A stretch of DNA of 64,000 nt from Pristiophorus japonicus (lineage: Eukaryota), in assembly GCF_044704955.1 (NCBI RefSeq), contig NC_091989.1:117118001-117182000 (forward strand), given 5' to 3'. The notes under the pieces were generated by a model. That model ran no database searches, had not been told where the DNA came from, and was given only the letters and a program-made list of their open reading frames with translations. How positions within the stretch are numbered: the first letter of the stretch is position 1; each line of letters opens with the position of its first letter. Positions 48,637 through 61,392 of this stretch are shown piece after piece. A program made the translations under genes and the position numbers.

Positions 48637-49844
48637 TGTAAGGGGTTCTCGGGGAGTGTTGTTGTACCTTGGGTGTCTCTCCCTGGGCTTCTGCCCTCAC
48701 AGCTTATGCCTGGCCTGTGAGGCACCTGTGAGTGTCAAACACTCCTAACCCCTTCTTCCCTAGCCTGTGACACACAGTTAAGCATTTTCGAGGCGCTCCT
48801 AGCTTCCCTTACACTGTTCTGACATAAGACTCACAATCAGGAGATGTAATACAATAGAACTGAGACAAGGTGATTCCAAGAGGAACTTAGGCTTCCAATT
48901 TATTTGACAAGGTGTATCTCAACAAACAGCAATACACCAACAAAACAATCCCCCTAAATCCCACTAAACGGACACAACGAAAATCTTTACACAAGTTTAG
49001 CAGTACAATGCCCAATCTCCCACCTTTCCTGGCCTAACTGAGTTGGGAGTTCCGGGGACCAGAGGTTATACTCACTACTGTGCCTTCTGCAGTCTGGTGG
49101 TTTGTTTCTTCTATCTTCGGTGTCTTCGGACACTGGTTTTCCTTCAGTGTCGAGAGGCTTGCTGGTTGTTGGATCACAAGATCAGGGAACCACACACAAT
49201 GTGTCAGAAACCCCTTTTTATAGCCAGATTATCCAGTCCGCCTCTCCTGCTGAAAGCGATCCTTCCCATTGGGTGGGCTTTGTGATTTTGAAAAATGCAG
49301 CAGTTTCAGATTATTGCGGGGGTTTTTTCCACTGATGTTAACTTACTCAAGGTTTGAGTGGGTGTTGATTGCGTTGGCCTCCTGTAGCCATTGTGTAGAC
49401 CCTTGGGTTGTTTTGGGTTCCCTAGTTTTCTGAAGGTCTGCATAATTTCCCTCCAATTCAGTTTTCTCTAACCTACTCAAGGTTTGAGTAGGGGTTGATT
49501 GGGTTGGCCTCCTGTAGCCATTGTGTAGGCCCTTGGTTTGTTTTGGGTTCCCTAGTTTTCTGAAGGTCTGCATAATTTCCTTCCATAGTGTAAACATGGG
49601 GAAGACAATAGCCCGATAATGGCAATGAGTCAGTCCCACAGTTTTCGAGCAAGTGCTCTCCCATTGGCTTGAAAGCCCCATGCTTCGGGCTGATTCTGTC
49701 CCACCATTGGCCCTCTGGTGTTCGCCTCCATCCAATCACTGCTCTGCCAAGGTCAAACCGTCTCGGTTTCAATTCACAGCACAGACCGATCCCATAGCCC
49801 TTTTCCTTCTGGGTAAAATGAGGGGGTTTTCATCCTCCCCTACA
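48637..49844 (-). mobile_element. 1.2-kb solo LTR, ERV1/epsilon-like or Gypsy with 4-bp TSD
   Basis: TGTAAGGGG...CCCCTACA termini; TSD GTGG. On the - strand: CCAAT (~49270), TATAAAA (~49218), AATAAA (~48902). ~130-bp tandem duplication at 49340-49585. Confidence 0.8.
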
Positions 49845-50380
49845 GTGGGGAAGTATGAGGTCATCCACTTCAGAACCAACATATATTAATCAGAATATTT
49901 TCTTAATTATGAGAGATTAGGAACTGTGGAGGAGCAAAGGGATATGGATGTTCATATAGACAAATCACTAAAATCTAGTGCACAAGTGCAAAAATTTATC
50001 AAAAAGGCTAATAGAAAGTTGGTCCTTATCTCAAGAGGGCTGGAATACAAAGGGGAGCAAGTTATGCTTCAGTTGTATAGAGCCTTGCTCAGGTTTAAAA
50101 TGTACTCAACTGCCTCCATTGTCTCAATACTGATGTAGTATGTGAGAACACACAACTTTTGATTGCTGCTTTTTCTGGATCCCAACTCACTGCCTGAATC
50201 AATATCCTGGATGGCTTGTGTCTTTCAGAAGTTAACCTTTTGTGAGCCGAACCTGACTTTACATCAGTAAAATTATATCAATCAAACCAAAATCTGTTCC
50301 AGGCCAAATAGGTAAAATCTCAAAATGTTACAGCATTCCTGCATTCCATTCTATAGTATAAACCTTTTAAATCCTAATCT

Positions 50381-50811
50381 CATCATCATAGGTGGTCCGT
50401 CAAACAAGGATGACTTGCTTCCACATGAGTTCACAGATGTTTGAATGAAGAGCCCGATGTTCCAGTCCTGAACTCCAGTTGAGTGGGTGGAAGATGCCTG
50501 TGCGTGAATTTTTTTTAACGTGTGGTGACCGTTGCACATCAGCAACCACACACACAGGCTTGACAGAGCTAGGCCTTTATCCAGTGGCAAGGGTTAACCA
50601 GGACCACTGGAGACCTGCTGTGCTGCACGGACCTAGTGCGCACACATATCGCAGTGTGGTCAGGTCCGTTCTGCCCCTGGGCCCTCAGCTCTTCTGAGGC
50701 CCGTACCCTCATTCGCAGCACCTCCACCACGATGTTCCAGGGCCCAGCACTCCAGCTCTATTTATAGCCCTGACCTGCGGTGGTGTTCTCACACAGGTCG
50801 GGGCGGCCCAC
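50381..50811 (-). mobile_element. RTE-derived bipartite non-autonomous retroelement
   Basis: 13-bp TSD TAAATCCTAATCT; (GAT)n tail; homologous to 33958-34508 and 63149-63560. Confidence 0.85.
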
Positions 50812-50950
50812 TAAATCCTAATCTAGTAACTCCACTGTTGTAGAAGTCTTCTTTGTCCTTGAAACTAAGGATCTTGTAGCCTCTCATGTTATGGTTCATA
50901 TTATCAATTAGAGAAGAAAATGCTTATTGTGACCAATCTTTCACTCCCAG

Positions 50951-51153
50951 GGGTAATCCTGCAGAGCTGGGTATTAAATCATTTCCGGCTTGTCCCACTG
51001 GACAGAATTGACCAGGTGGTTATGACATACAGTGGTTTGCGTGGTGCAGTAGCCTTCGCACTGGTGATACTTCTCAACGATCAGACTGTCAAGGCGAAAG
51101 ACTACTTTGTTGCAACAACAATCACAGTTATATTTTTCACAGTGATAATTCAG
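50951..51153 (+). CDS. SLC9A5: SLC9A5-like internal exon (exon 7 equivalent), 203 bp
   Basis: Acceptor tcactcccag, donor gtaagt. [68 protein letters not shown]; FRLVPLD.IDQVVM and [10 protein letters not shown] match NHE5. Confidence 0.9.
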
Positions 51154-51759
51154 GTAAGTTTTGTGTCTGGTTATGTGCTCCGTGTTCCTCAGTGACACAG
51201 TTCTTCAATTTGCCTACAATATTTTGATGTTTGCATTGGAATGCATTGTTTAAAATTTAAATTTAACTCTTTAAACAAGCTTTTGATCATCTGCCTTAAT
51301 TTCTTCTATGGCTCGGTGACAAATTTATCTGTTTGTCTGTAACACTGTTGTGAAGCGCCTTGGGACATTTTACTACATTAAAGGTGATATATAAGTAAAA
51401 GTTATTATTATTATTATTATTATTTAATTAGGACCTACACTTTCCTTTTGCCTTAGAAAGCGTCCTCACTCTTTTCACCCATTTTGTTGTATTATCTGGC
51501 CAATGTGATGTTGCCCCTATAAGTCCTACACCAAAATCCACTGAAGGTACAGCAAGGAAAGCAGGATTAATTATCGCAATATTATAATGGTTTTCTAATT
51601 TTAACTGTTTTCTGGAAATGTAATGGCCAACATCCTACTAATTACCCAGCATGTAGTTTGTGTAGCCAATGCATTTATAGTGTTGCCCTGCAGCTTCCAG
51701 CTAGAGATGTCTCTTTCTATCCCTATTTATTTGTTTAGTACGTGCACAGTAGTATTACA

Positions 51760-54258
51760 TTATATTTACAGCACAGAAACAGTCCATTCGGCCCAACAGG
51801 TCCATGCTGGCGTTTATGCTCCACACGAGCCTCTTCTCATCCTTCTTCATCTAACCCCATCAATATATCCCTCTATTCCTTTCTCCCTCATGTGTTTATG
51901 CAACTTCCCCTTAAATGCATCTGTGCTATTTGCCTCAACAACTCTTTCTAACCACTCTCTGGGTAAAGAATTTTCTCCTGAATTCCCTGTTGAATTTATT
52001 CGAGAATATTTTATTTTATGGCCCCTAGTTCTGTCTTCCCTGCAAGTGGAAACATACTACATAGGATTACATAGGACATACAGCACAGAAATAGGTTATT
52101 TGGTCCAACCAGTCCATGTTCCATGTTTATGCTCCACTCGAGCCTCCTCCCGTCTTTCCTCATCTAACTCTATCAGTATAACCCTCTATTCCTTTCTCCC
52201 TCATAGGCTTATCTAGCTTTCCCTTAAATGCATCTATACTATTCGCTTCAACCACTCCCTGTGGTAGCGAGTTCCATATTCTCAACGTTCTCTGGGTAAA
52301 GAAGTTCCTTCTGAATTCCCTATTTGATTTCTTCATGACGATCTTATATTGATGGCCTCTAGTTTTGCTCTTCCCCACAAGTGGAAACAGTCTCTCTGTA
52401 TCTACTCTATCAAAACCTTTTTAAAGACCTCTATTAGGTCACCACTCAGCCTTCTATTTTCAAGAGAAAAGAGACCCAGCCTGTTCATCCTTTCCTGATA
52501 TGTATATCCTCGCATTTCTGGTATCATCCTTGGAAAAAAATGTTGCATCCTCTCCAGTGCCTCTATATCCTTTTTATAATATGGTGACCAGAATTGTACG
52601 CAGTACTCCAAATGTGGTCTAACCAAGGTTTGATACAAGTTCAGAATAACGTGATTTTAATCCCTCTAGAAATAAACCCTAGTGTTTGGTTTGATTTTTT
52701 TAATGGCCTTGTTAACTTGTGTCACTACTTTCAGTGATATGTGTATTTGTATTCCTAGATCCCTTTATTATTCTACTCAGTTAGATTTGTATTTTCCAAG
52801 TAATATGTGACCTCCCTACTTTCCTTACTAAAATGTAATTCCTCACATTTATCCATGTTGAATTGCATTTGTTAATTATCTTCAAGTTTATTACTGTCCT
52901 CCTATAATTTGTTGCAGTCCTCCTCAGTATTGACCATCCCTCCCAATTTGGTGTCATCTGTAAATTTAGAAATTGTGTTTGTGACTTCAAATACTAAATT
53001 GTTAATATAAATTGTGAACAACAGTGGTCCCAGCACTGATCCTTGTGGAACGCCACTACCCACCTTCTGCCACTGTGAATAATTACCCTTTACCTGTATT
53101 CTCTGCTTTCTGTCTTGAAGCCAGCTAGTTATCCATTCTGCTACTTGTCCCCTCACTCCGTCTTCTCTATGTCTATCCTATCAAACCCTTTCATAATCTT
53201 AAAGACCTCTTTAAAGTCACCCCTCAGTCTTCTCTTTTCTACAGAAAAGAGCCCCAACCTGTGCCATTTCTCCAGACAGGTATAACTTCTCAGTTTCGTT
53301 TTCATTCTAGCAAATCTTATTTGCAGCTTCTCCAATGCCTCTATATCCTTTGATACCAGAACTGTTCACAGTACTCCCAACTGTCATCTATCCAAGGTTC
53401 TATACAAGTTTAATATAACTTCGCTGCTTTTCAATACTATCCCTCTAGAAACAAATCCCAGTGCTTGGTTTCTTTTTTTATGGCCTTACTTACCTGTGTC
53501 ACTACCTTTAGTGATGTTTGTACCTGTACTCCCAGAACTCTCTGCTTCTTTACCCTGGTTAGACACTTAATTTTCAAGGTGTGTGTGGCCTCCTTATTCT
53601 TCCTACCAAAATATACAACCTCACACTTACATAAGAACATAAGAATTAGGAGCAAGAGTAGGCCATTCGGCCCCTCGAGCCTGCTCTGCCATTCAATAAG
53701 ATCATTGCTGATCTTCTACCTCAACTCCACTTTCTAGCACTATCCCCATATCCCTGAATTCCCTTAATATACAAAAATCTATCGATCTCCATCTTGAATA
53801 TATTCAAAGACTGAGCCTCCACAGCCCTCTGGGATAGAGAATTCCAGAGATTCACCACCCTCTGAGTGAGAAGTTTCTCCTCATCTCAGTCCTAAATGGC
53901 CGACCACTTATTCTGAGACTGTGACCCCTGGTTCTAGACTCCTCAGCCAGAGGAAACATCCTTCCTGCATCTACCCTGTCTAGCCCTGTAAGAATTTTGT
54001 ATGTTTCATTGAGATCACCTCTCATTCTTCTAAACTCTAGAGAATTCAATCTCTCCTCCTAGAGCAATCCCCCCCAGCCCAGGAATTAGTCTGGTGAACC
54101 TTTGTTGCACTCTTTCAATAGCAAGTATATCCTTCATTAGGTAAAGAGAATAAAACTGTACACAATACCCCAGATGTGGTCTCACCAGGGCCCTATATAA
54201 TTGCAGTAAGATGTCTTTACTCTTATACTTAAATCCTCTTCTAATAAAGGCCAACATA
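51760..54258 (-). mobile_element. Stack of - strand CR1 fragments (~51760-52035, 52060-53156, 53157-53626, 53627-54258)
   Basis: Repeated [31 protein letters not shown] motifs and several separate 3' tails. Confidence 0.85.
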
Positions 54259-54259
54259 C

Positions 54260-57200
54260 TGCGTGCAGTTTCAGTTTCCATATTTACGAAAGGATATACT
54301 TGCTTTGGAGGCAGTTCAGAGAAGGTTCATTAGGTTGATTCCGGGGATCAGGCGGTTGACTTATGAGGAAAGGTTGAGTAGGTTGTGCCTCTACTCATTG
54401 GAATTCAGAAGAATGAGAGGTGATCTCATTCCTGGGCAGGAAAAAGAGAGGGAGAGCTATAGTGGTAGGGGATTCTATTGCAAGGGGAATAGATAGGCAT
54501 TTCTGCGGCCGCAAACGAGACTCCAGGATGGTATGTTGTCTCCCTGGTGCAAGGGTCAAGGATGTCTCGGAGCGGCTGCAGGGCATTCTGGAGGGGGAGG
54601 GTGAACAGCCAGTTGTCGTGGTGCATACAGGTACCAATGATATAGGTAAAAAGCGGGATGAGATCCTACAAGCTGAATTTAGGGAGCTAGGAGTTAAATT
54701 AAAAAGTAGGACCTCAAAGGCAGGAATCTCAGGATTGTTACTAGTGCCATGTGCTAGTCAGAGTAGAAATAGCAGGAAAGTTAAGATGAATACGTGGCTT
54801 GGCCAATGGTGCAAGAGGGAGGGCTTCAAATTCCTGGGATATTGGAACTGGTTCTGGGGGAGGTGGGACCAGTACAAACTGGACGGTCTGCACCTGTGCA
54901 GGACTGGAACTGATGTCCTAGGGGCAGTGTTTGCTAGTGCTGTTGGGGAGGGATTAAACTAATATGGCAGGGGGATGAGAACCTATGCAGGGAGACAGAG
55001 GGAAGTAAAATGGGGTCAGAAGCAAAAAGTATAAAGGAGAATAGTAAAAGTGGAGGGCAGAAAAATCAAAGGCAAAAATCAAAAAGAGCCACATTACAAC
55101 ATAATTCTAAAATGAGAAAGAGTGTTAAAAAAACAAGCCTGAAGACTCTGTGTCTCAACGCGAGGAGCATTCGTAATAAGGTGGCTGAATTAACTGCGCA
55201 GATAGCTGTTAACGGATATGATATAATTGGGATTACGGAGACATGGCTCCAAAGTGACCAAGGCTGGGAACTCAACATCCAAGGGTATTCAATATTCAGG
55301 AAAGATAGACTGAAAGGAAAAGGAGATGGGCTAGCGTTGCTGGTTAAAGAGGAGATTAATGCAACAGTAAGGAAGGACATTAGCGTGGATGAGGTGGAAT
55401 CTGTATGGATAGAGCTGCGGAACACCAAAGGGCAGAAAACACTAGTGCGAATTGTGTACAGACCACCAAACAGTCATAGTGAAGTTGGGGATGGCATCAA
55501 ACAGGAAATTAGGGATGCATGCAATAAAGGTACGCCAGTTATCATGGGTGACTTTAATCTACATATAGATTGGGCTTAACAAACTGGTAGCAATACGGTG
55601 GAGGAGGATTTCCTGGAGTGTATAAGGGATGGTTTTCTAGATCAATATGTCAAGGAACCAACTAGAGAGCTAGCCATCCTAGACTGGGTGTTGTGTAATG
55701 AGAGAGGGTTCATTAGCAATCTTGTAGTGCGAGGCCCCTTGGGGAAGAGTGACCATAATATGGTAGAATTCTTCATTAAGATGGAGAGTGACACAGTTAA
55801 TTCAGAGACTAGAGTCCTGAACTTAAAGAAAGGTAACTTCGACGGTATGTGACGTGAATTAGCTAGGATAGACTGGCGAATGATACTTAAAGGGTTGACG
55901 GTGGATAGGCAATGATAGACATTTAAAGATCACATGGATGAACTTCAACAATTGTACATCCCTGTGTGACGTAAAAATAAAACGGGGAAGGTGGCTCAAC
56001 CATGGCTTACAAGAGAAATTAGTGATAGTGTTAAATCCAAGGAAGAGGCAAATAAATTGGCCAAAAAAAGCAGCAAACCTGAGGACTGGGAGAAATTTAG
56101 AATTCAGCAGAGGAGAACAAACGGTTTAACGAGGAGGGGGAAAATAGAATATGAGAGTAAGCTTGCAGGGATCATAAAAACTGACTGCAAAAGCTTCTAC
56201 AGATACGTGAAGAGAAAATGATTAGTGAAGATAAATGTAGGTCCCTTACAGTCAGAATCAGGTGAATTTATAATGGGGAACAAAGAAATGGCAGACCAGT
56301 TGAACAAATACTTTGGTTCTGTCTTCACTAAGGAAGACACAAATAATCTTCCGGAATACTAGGGGACCAAGGTTCTAGCGAGAAGGAGGAACTAAAGGAA
56401 ATCCTTATTAGTCAGCAAATTGTGTTAGGGAAATTGATGGGATTGAAGGCCAATAAATCTTCAGGGTCTGATAGTCTGCATCCCAGAGTATTTAAGGAAG
56501 TGGCCCTAGAAATGTCATTTTCTAACATTATCTGAATGGTGACAGATTAGTAAAAGGAGAGGTGCAACGAAACTTGGGTGTCATGGTACATCAGTCATTG
56601 AAAGTTGACATACAAGTACAGCAGGAGGTGAAGAAGGCAAATGGCATGTTGGCCTGCATAGCGAGTGGATTTGAGTATAGGAGCAGGGAGATCTTACTAC
56701 AGTTGTACAAGGCCTTGGTGAGGCCACACCTTGAATATTGTGTACAGTTTTAGTCTCCTAATCTGAGGAAAGACATTCTTGCTATTGAAGGAGTGCAGCG
56801 TAGGTTCACCAGACTGATTCCCAGGATGACAGGACTGACATATGAAGAAAGACTGGATCAACTAGGCTTATATTCAATGGAATTTAGAGAATGAGAGGGG
56901 ATTTCATAGAAACATATAAAATTCTGAGGGGATTGGACAGGTTAGATGCAGGACGAACATTCCCGATGTTGGGGAAGTCCAGAACCAGGGGTCACAGTCT
57001 AAGGATAAGGGGTAAGCCATTTAGGACCGAGATGAGGAGAAACTTCTTCACTCAGAGAGTTGTGAGCATGTGGAATTCTCTACCACAGAAGGTTGATGAG
57101 GCCAGTTCATTAGATATATTCAAAAGGGAGTTAGATGTGGCCCTTACGGCTAAAGGGATCAAGGGGTATTGAGAGAAAGCAGGAATGGGGTACCTAAGTG

Positions 57201-57676
57201 CATGATCAGCCATGATCATATTGAATGGTGGTGCAGGCTCGAAGGGCCGAATGGCCTACTCCTGCACCTATTTTCTATGTTGCTATGAAATGTATAAGAT
57301 TATGCGGGGGCTTGACAAGGTGGATGCAGAAAGGATGTCTCCACTGATAGGGGAGATTAGAACTAGAGGGCATGATCTTAGAATAAGGGGCCGCCCATTT
57401 AAAACTGAGATGAGGAGAAAATTCTTCTCTCAGAGGGTTGTAAATCTGTGGAATTCGTTGCCTCAGAGACTTGTGGAAGCTGGGACATTGAATAAATTTA
57501 AGACAGAAATAGACAGTTTCTTAAACGATAAGTGGATAAGGGGTTATAGGGAGCGGACGGGGAAATGGAGCTGAGTCCATGATCAGATCAGCCATGAGCT
57601 TTTCGAATGGCGGAGCAGGCTTGAGGGGCCGTATGGCCTACTCCTGTTCCTATTTCTTCTGTTCTTATGTTCTTAT
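54260..57676 (+). mobile_element. CR1 family A fragment (54260-54430 and 57287-57676) interrupted by CR1 family B
   Basis: RRMRGDLI|EMYKIMRGLDKVD joins across the insert; tail ttcttatgttcttat. Confidence 0.85.
54431..57282 (+). mobile_element. CR1 family B (same family as 5134-8980) with esterase ORF1 and deleted RT core
   Basis: VVGDSIARG, HTGTNDI, DGLHL; endonuclease 55010-55850. Jump at ~56515-56527 removes the RT core. Confidence 0.92.
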
Positions 57677-57689
57677 ACCGTACCATGTG

Positions 57690-58065
57690 TCGTCGACAGT
57701 GCTATCAAGTGACATTTACTCACCAATAACCTGCTCAGCGATGCCCAGGTTCTGCCAGGATCATTCGGCTCCAGTCCTCATTACATCCTTGGTCCAAACA
57801 TGGACAAAAGACCTGAATTCCAGAGCTGGGTGAGAGTGACTGCCCATGACATCGAGGCAGCATTTGACCGAGTGTGGCATCAAGGAGCCCTAGTAAAACT
57901 GAAGTCAATGGGAATCGGGGAAAACTCTCCACTGGCTGGAGTCATACCTAGCTCAAAAGAAGATGGTTGTGGTGGTTGGAGGTCAATTATCCCACCCCAG
58001 GACATCACTGCAGGAGTTCCTCAGGGCAGTGTCCTAGGACTAACTATCTTCAGCTGCTTCATCAA
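57690..58065 (+). mobile_element. RT fragment of a different LINE family
   Basis: [35 protein letters not shown]. Confidence 0.75.
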
Positions 58066-58560
58066 CCTGTATTGTAGTTAATTTGCCAATTATACTTACA
58101 TTCTGCAAGTCTATTAATGCCTTCCTGTATTTTGTTGCAGTCCTCCTCTGTATTGACTGCACCCCCAATTTGCAAATTTTGAAATTGTACTTTCGATTCC
58201 CAAGTCCAGATTGTTATGCAAATGGTAAACAGCAGTGGTCCCAGCACTAATCCTTGTGGAACACCACTTCCCACCTTTTGCCAGTCTGAGTAACTACCTT
58301 TAACCCCTACTCTCTGTTTTCTGTTTTGTAGCCAGCTTGTTATCCATTCTGCTACTTGTTCCCTGACTCCACATGTTCTGACCTTAGTCATGAGTCTACT
58401 CTGTGGTAGTTTATCGAAGGCCTTTTCAAAATCTAAATATATTACATCTACAGCTTTAACCTTATCCACTCTTTCTGGTTACTTCTTCAAATAATTCAGT
58501 AAGGTTGGTCAAGCATGATCTTCCCTTTTGAAAATGTGCTGACTATCTTTATTATATTTT
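58066..58560 (-). mobile_element. CR1 RT fragment
   Basis: VDVIYLDFEKAFDK...GVPQGLVLGPLLF. Confidence 0.85.
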
Positions 58561-59164
58561 CAGTTTCGAGATGTACTAGTTTCTAGAGTATATGCAGTTT
58601 TATTCAAAGAGGGTTGCAACTTTAGTCCCATGCATGACTGCCAGGAGAACCTTGAACATGTTAAAACATATTGAACATGTAAAAACATATTGTCATATTT
58701 ATACTTGTTAGTGCAATAGATGAGTTCCATTGAGAAAGCACATTTAATTTCTCGAGATATTTCTTGAAATTCTGTGCATTTCATTCTTAAAGCTTTAGTA
58801 TCAAGATTTCTAACACTTTTTGCCATTTGAACTCAAGTCAATTTATTCGATTCATTTGCATAATTCATCTCCAACATTCACGTTAAACCTGAAGTTGGCT
58901 GATTAAGCACAAATTTTACTACTGAATTACTTTTCCTAGCGATGTGAGGATTCTCGGTATAGCAGCAAGAGATTGTGGGGTAGTTTTTCAACTTGCCGTC
59001 CAGGCGTGAAACTGATGTTGCGGATCGGCCGGCCGGCCATTATAGAATCCGCCCAATTTTCATTTCCATTGAAATCAGTGGAAATAAAAAACAGGCAGTT
59101 CATATAATAACCAGCTGATCTGTCCACACCAGTTTTACATCTGGACAGAAATTTGAAAGGAAGA

Positions 59165-59602
59165 AAGACTTGCATTTATATGGTGTCGTTCACAAACTCA
59201 GGACATTCCAGAATGCTTTACAGTCAATCAAATACTTTTAAAGCATAATCACTGTTGTAATGTAGGAAGCATGACAACTAATTTGCGTACAGAAAGGTCC
59301 CACAAACAGCTATTAAATAAATTACCAAATCATCTGATTTAGTGATGTTGGTTGAGGGATAAATACTGGCCAGGTAAAAAAGAATTCCCCTTCTCTTCTT
59401 CGAAATAGTGCCATGGAATCTTTTATGTCCACCTGAGAGAGCAGACGCGGCCTCAGCTTAACGTCCCATTCGAAACACAGCACCTCCGACAGTACAGTAC
59501 TGCATTGGAATGTCAACCTAGATTTTGTAACTCAAGACTCTGAAGTGGGTCTTAAACCCACAACCTTCTAACTCAGAGGTGAGAGAGCTACCACCGAGCC
59601 AC
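59165..59602 (-). mobile_element. DeuSINE (SacSINE1-like)
   Basis: Complete head, core and tail in reverse complement. Confidence 0.75.
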
Positions 59603-60219
59603 ATTGACATCTGAAAATCGACTCCTGCGTTTCATGACATTTTCTGAAATTACATGGTAGAGTAACAATTGGGTTGAAGGGTGGGCTCCTGATCTCAGAC
59701 AGACTTTATAGGGAGGCAGTGAGTGAAGACTAGGCAGCTGGCCTTGGAGAGGATAAAGGAAAGTCATGCCAAGGGTACTGTTGCCAACATCCCAGCAGCC
59801 AGATCAGAGCAGGGTTGGTGGAAGGCCAGGAATAGCTGATTGATGGTATGTGGCAGAGGGAAACCAAATGAACTGGAAAAAGAATTTGATAATCTTACAA
59901 AATAAAAAACACATACATGAGCACAGAACTGAAAAGAATTCCCCATTCGCCTTTAAGCTCAGTGATGCATCAACTTCCGCTCTGTAAGATCTGCACTTGA
60001 CTATTTCATTGTGGTTTCACGTTATGAAGAAAGGCTCATGGAACTGAGCCAGATTTCATTTAAGGGAAAGATTCACAGGAGAAATGATCCAGGTCTTTAA
60101 AGTGATCAGAAGCCAGGATTTAAAGAACTCACCACTCTTTCTGAAGAACTGCAGATGTAGAAAAAACAATTAGCATTATGACAATTAACTATTTTCTTAA
60201 AAAGGTAGATAATTACCTA

Positions 60220-60555
60220 GTTAAATCTATCCATGGCCTCGTCCCTCCCTATCTCTGTAGCCTTCTCCAGACCTACAACCCTCCGAGATTTCTGCTTTCC
60301 CCCAATTCTGGCCTCTTGCGCATCCTCGATTTTCATCACTCCACCTTGGCGGCCATGCATGCAGTTGTCTAGGCCATAAGCTCTGGAATTCTCTCCCTAA
60401 ACATCTCCGGCTCTCTACCTCTATCTCCTCCTTGAAGATGCTCCTTAAAACCTATCTCTTTGTCCAAATGTCCTAATATCTCCTTAAGTGGCTCAGTGTC
60501 AAGCACCTTGGGACATTTTACTATGTTAAAGGTGCTATATAAATGCAAATTGTTA
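60220..60555 (+). mobile_element. L2 LINE 3' fragment
   Basis: KSIHGLVPPYL...ctctggaattctctccct...ctccttaaaacctatctctttg and L2 tail. Confidence 0.7.
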
Positions 60556-61392
60556 CGAATGAGGCTGAAGATTATAAAGATTTGGCACAAATTATTACAT
60601 TACTCTCCAGAACATGATGGATCTTGTGCTTCTGGAATGATTGAAATATTATCTGTGGATTGTAACTGGGCAAGACTGAATAATGTCCATGAGTGGGGCA
60701 AGTCATACATGTCCCATGGTACGATGGAGCTTAATGGTTTGACTGTCTTCCCATCTCTTGCTTTCTATCACTCTCAACAGTTTAACGAAGAGGCGGTACC
60801 TCTCGTCCTGCATATATAGATTAAAAAGGATGGCTTATCAGAGATGTGAAACAGATAGCCATGTGCTCTCTCTTTGGGCAATTAATCCACCTCATCAGTA
60901 TCACTCCAAACTGTATTGACGTGTAGTAGACGTAGCTTTTTATTTTAAATTTGCAAAACACGTACCTTATTTTATTTCACCTATACAATGTGTTTGTGAT
61001 TTGTTTTATTTCAGCCAGAATGTTGCTTTCCAGCAAGTATGCTATAAAGCAGTGGTACCACATGCTTTGTGGCTCATTCAAGGAATTGGTCTGATTGGTT
61101 CTAGTGGAATGACCAAAAATATTAAATGTATCGCAAATGGATTCTCATTTATTCTTTTCAGTGCTTTTTGTTTGTTGAAAGTCTTGTCCTACTGTCTTCA
61201 TATCTGGGCACATTTTGATATTTCTCATCCAGTCTCATGGGGCCTTCATGCCACACCTTCTTTTAGTACTTCATTAATTAATTGTATAGACACCGATCAT
61301 TTTACAGTGTATTTGTGTGTACTGAATTATCAACTTCACTTGCAGAGGTAGAGCAGTTGACGTATACTTGGAATACAATTCCATCGCATTAC

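Larger units (their letters stand above)
46510..50092 (+). mobile_element. CR1 RT fragment split twice (46510-46771, 48597-48636, 49845-50092)
   Basis: [27 protein letters not shown]|EWTKLWHMEFNV|GKYEVIHF is continuous across both inserts. Confidence 0.88.

Noticed and set aside
41982-51153. SLC9A3 (NHE3) assignment
   Set aside because: [33 protein letters not shown] and FRLVPLD fit NHE5 better; a phylogeny would confirm.
53627-54430. Twin-priming inversion of a single CR1
   Set aside because: The - and + pieces overlap in consensus position and differ in sequence, indicating separate insertions.
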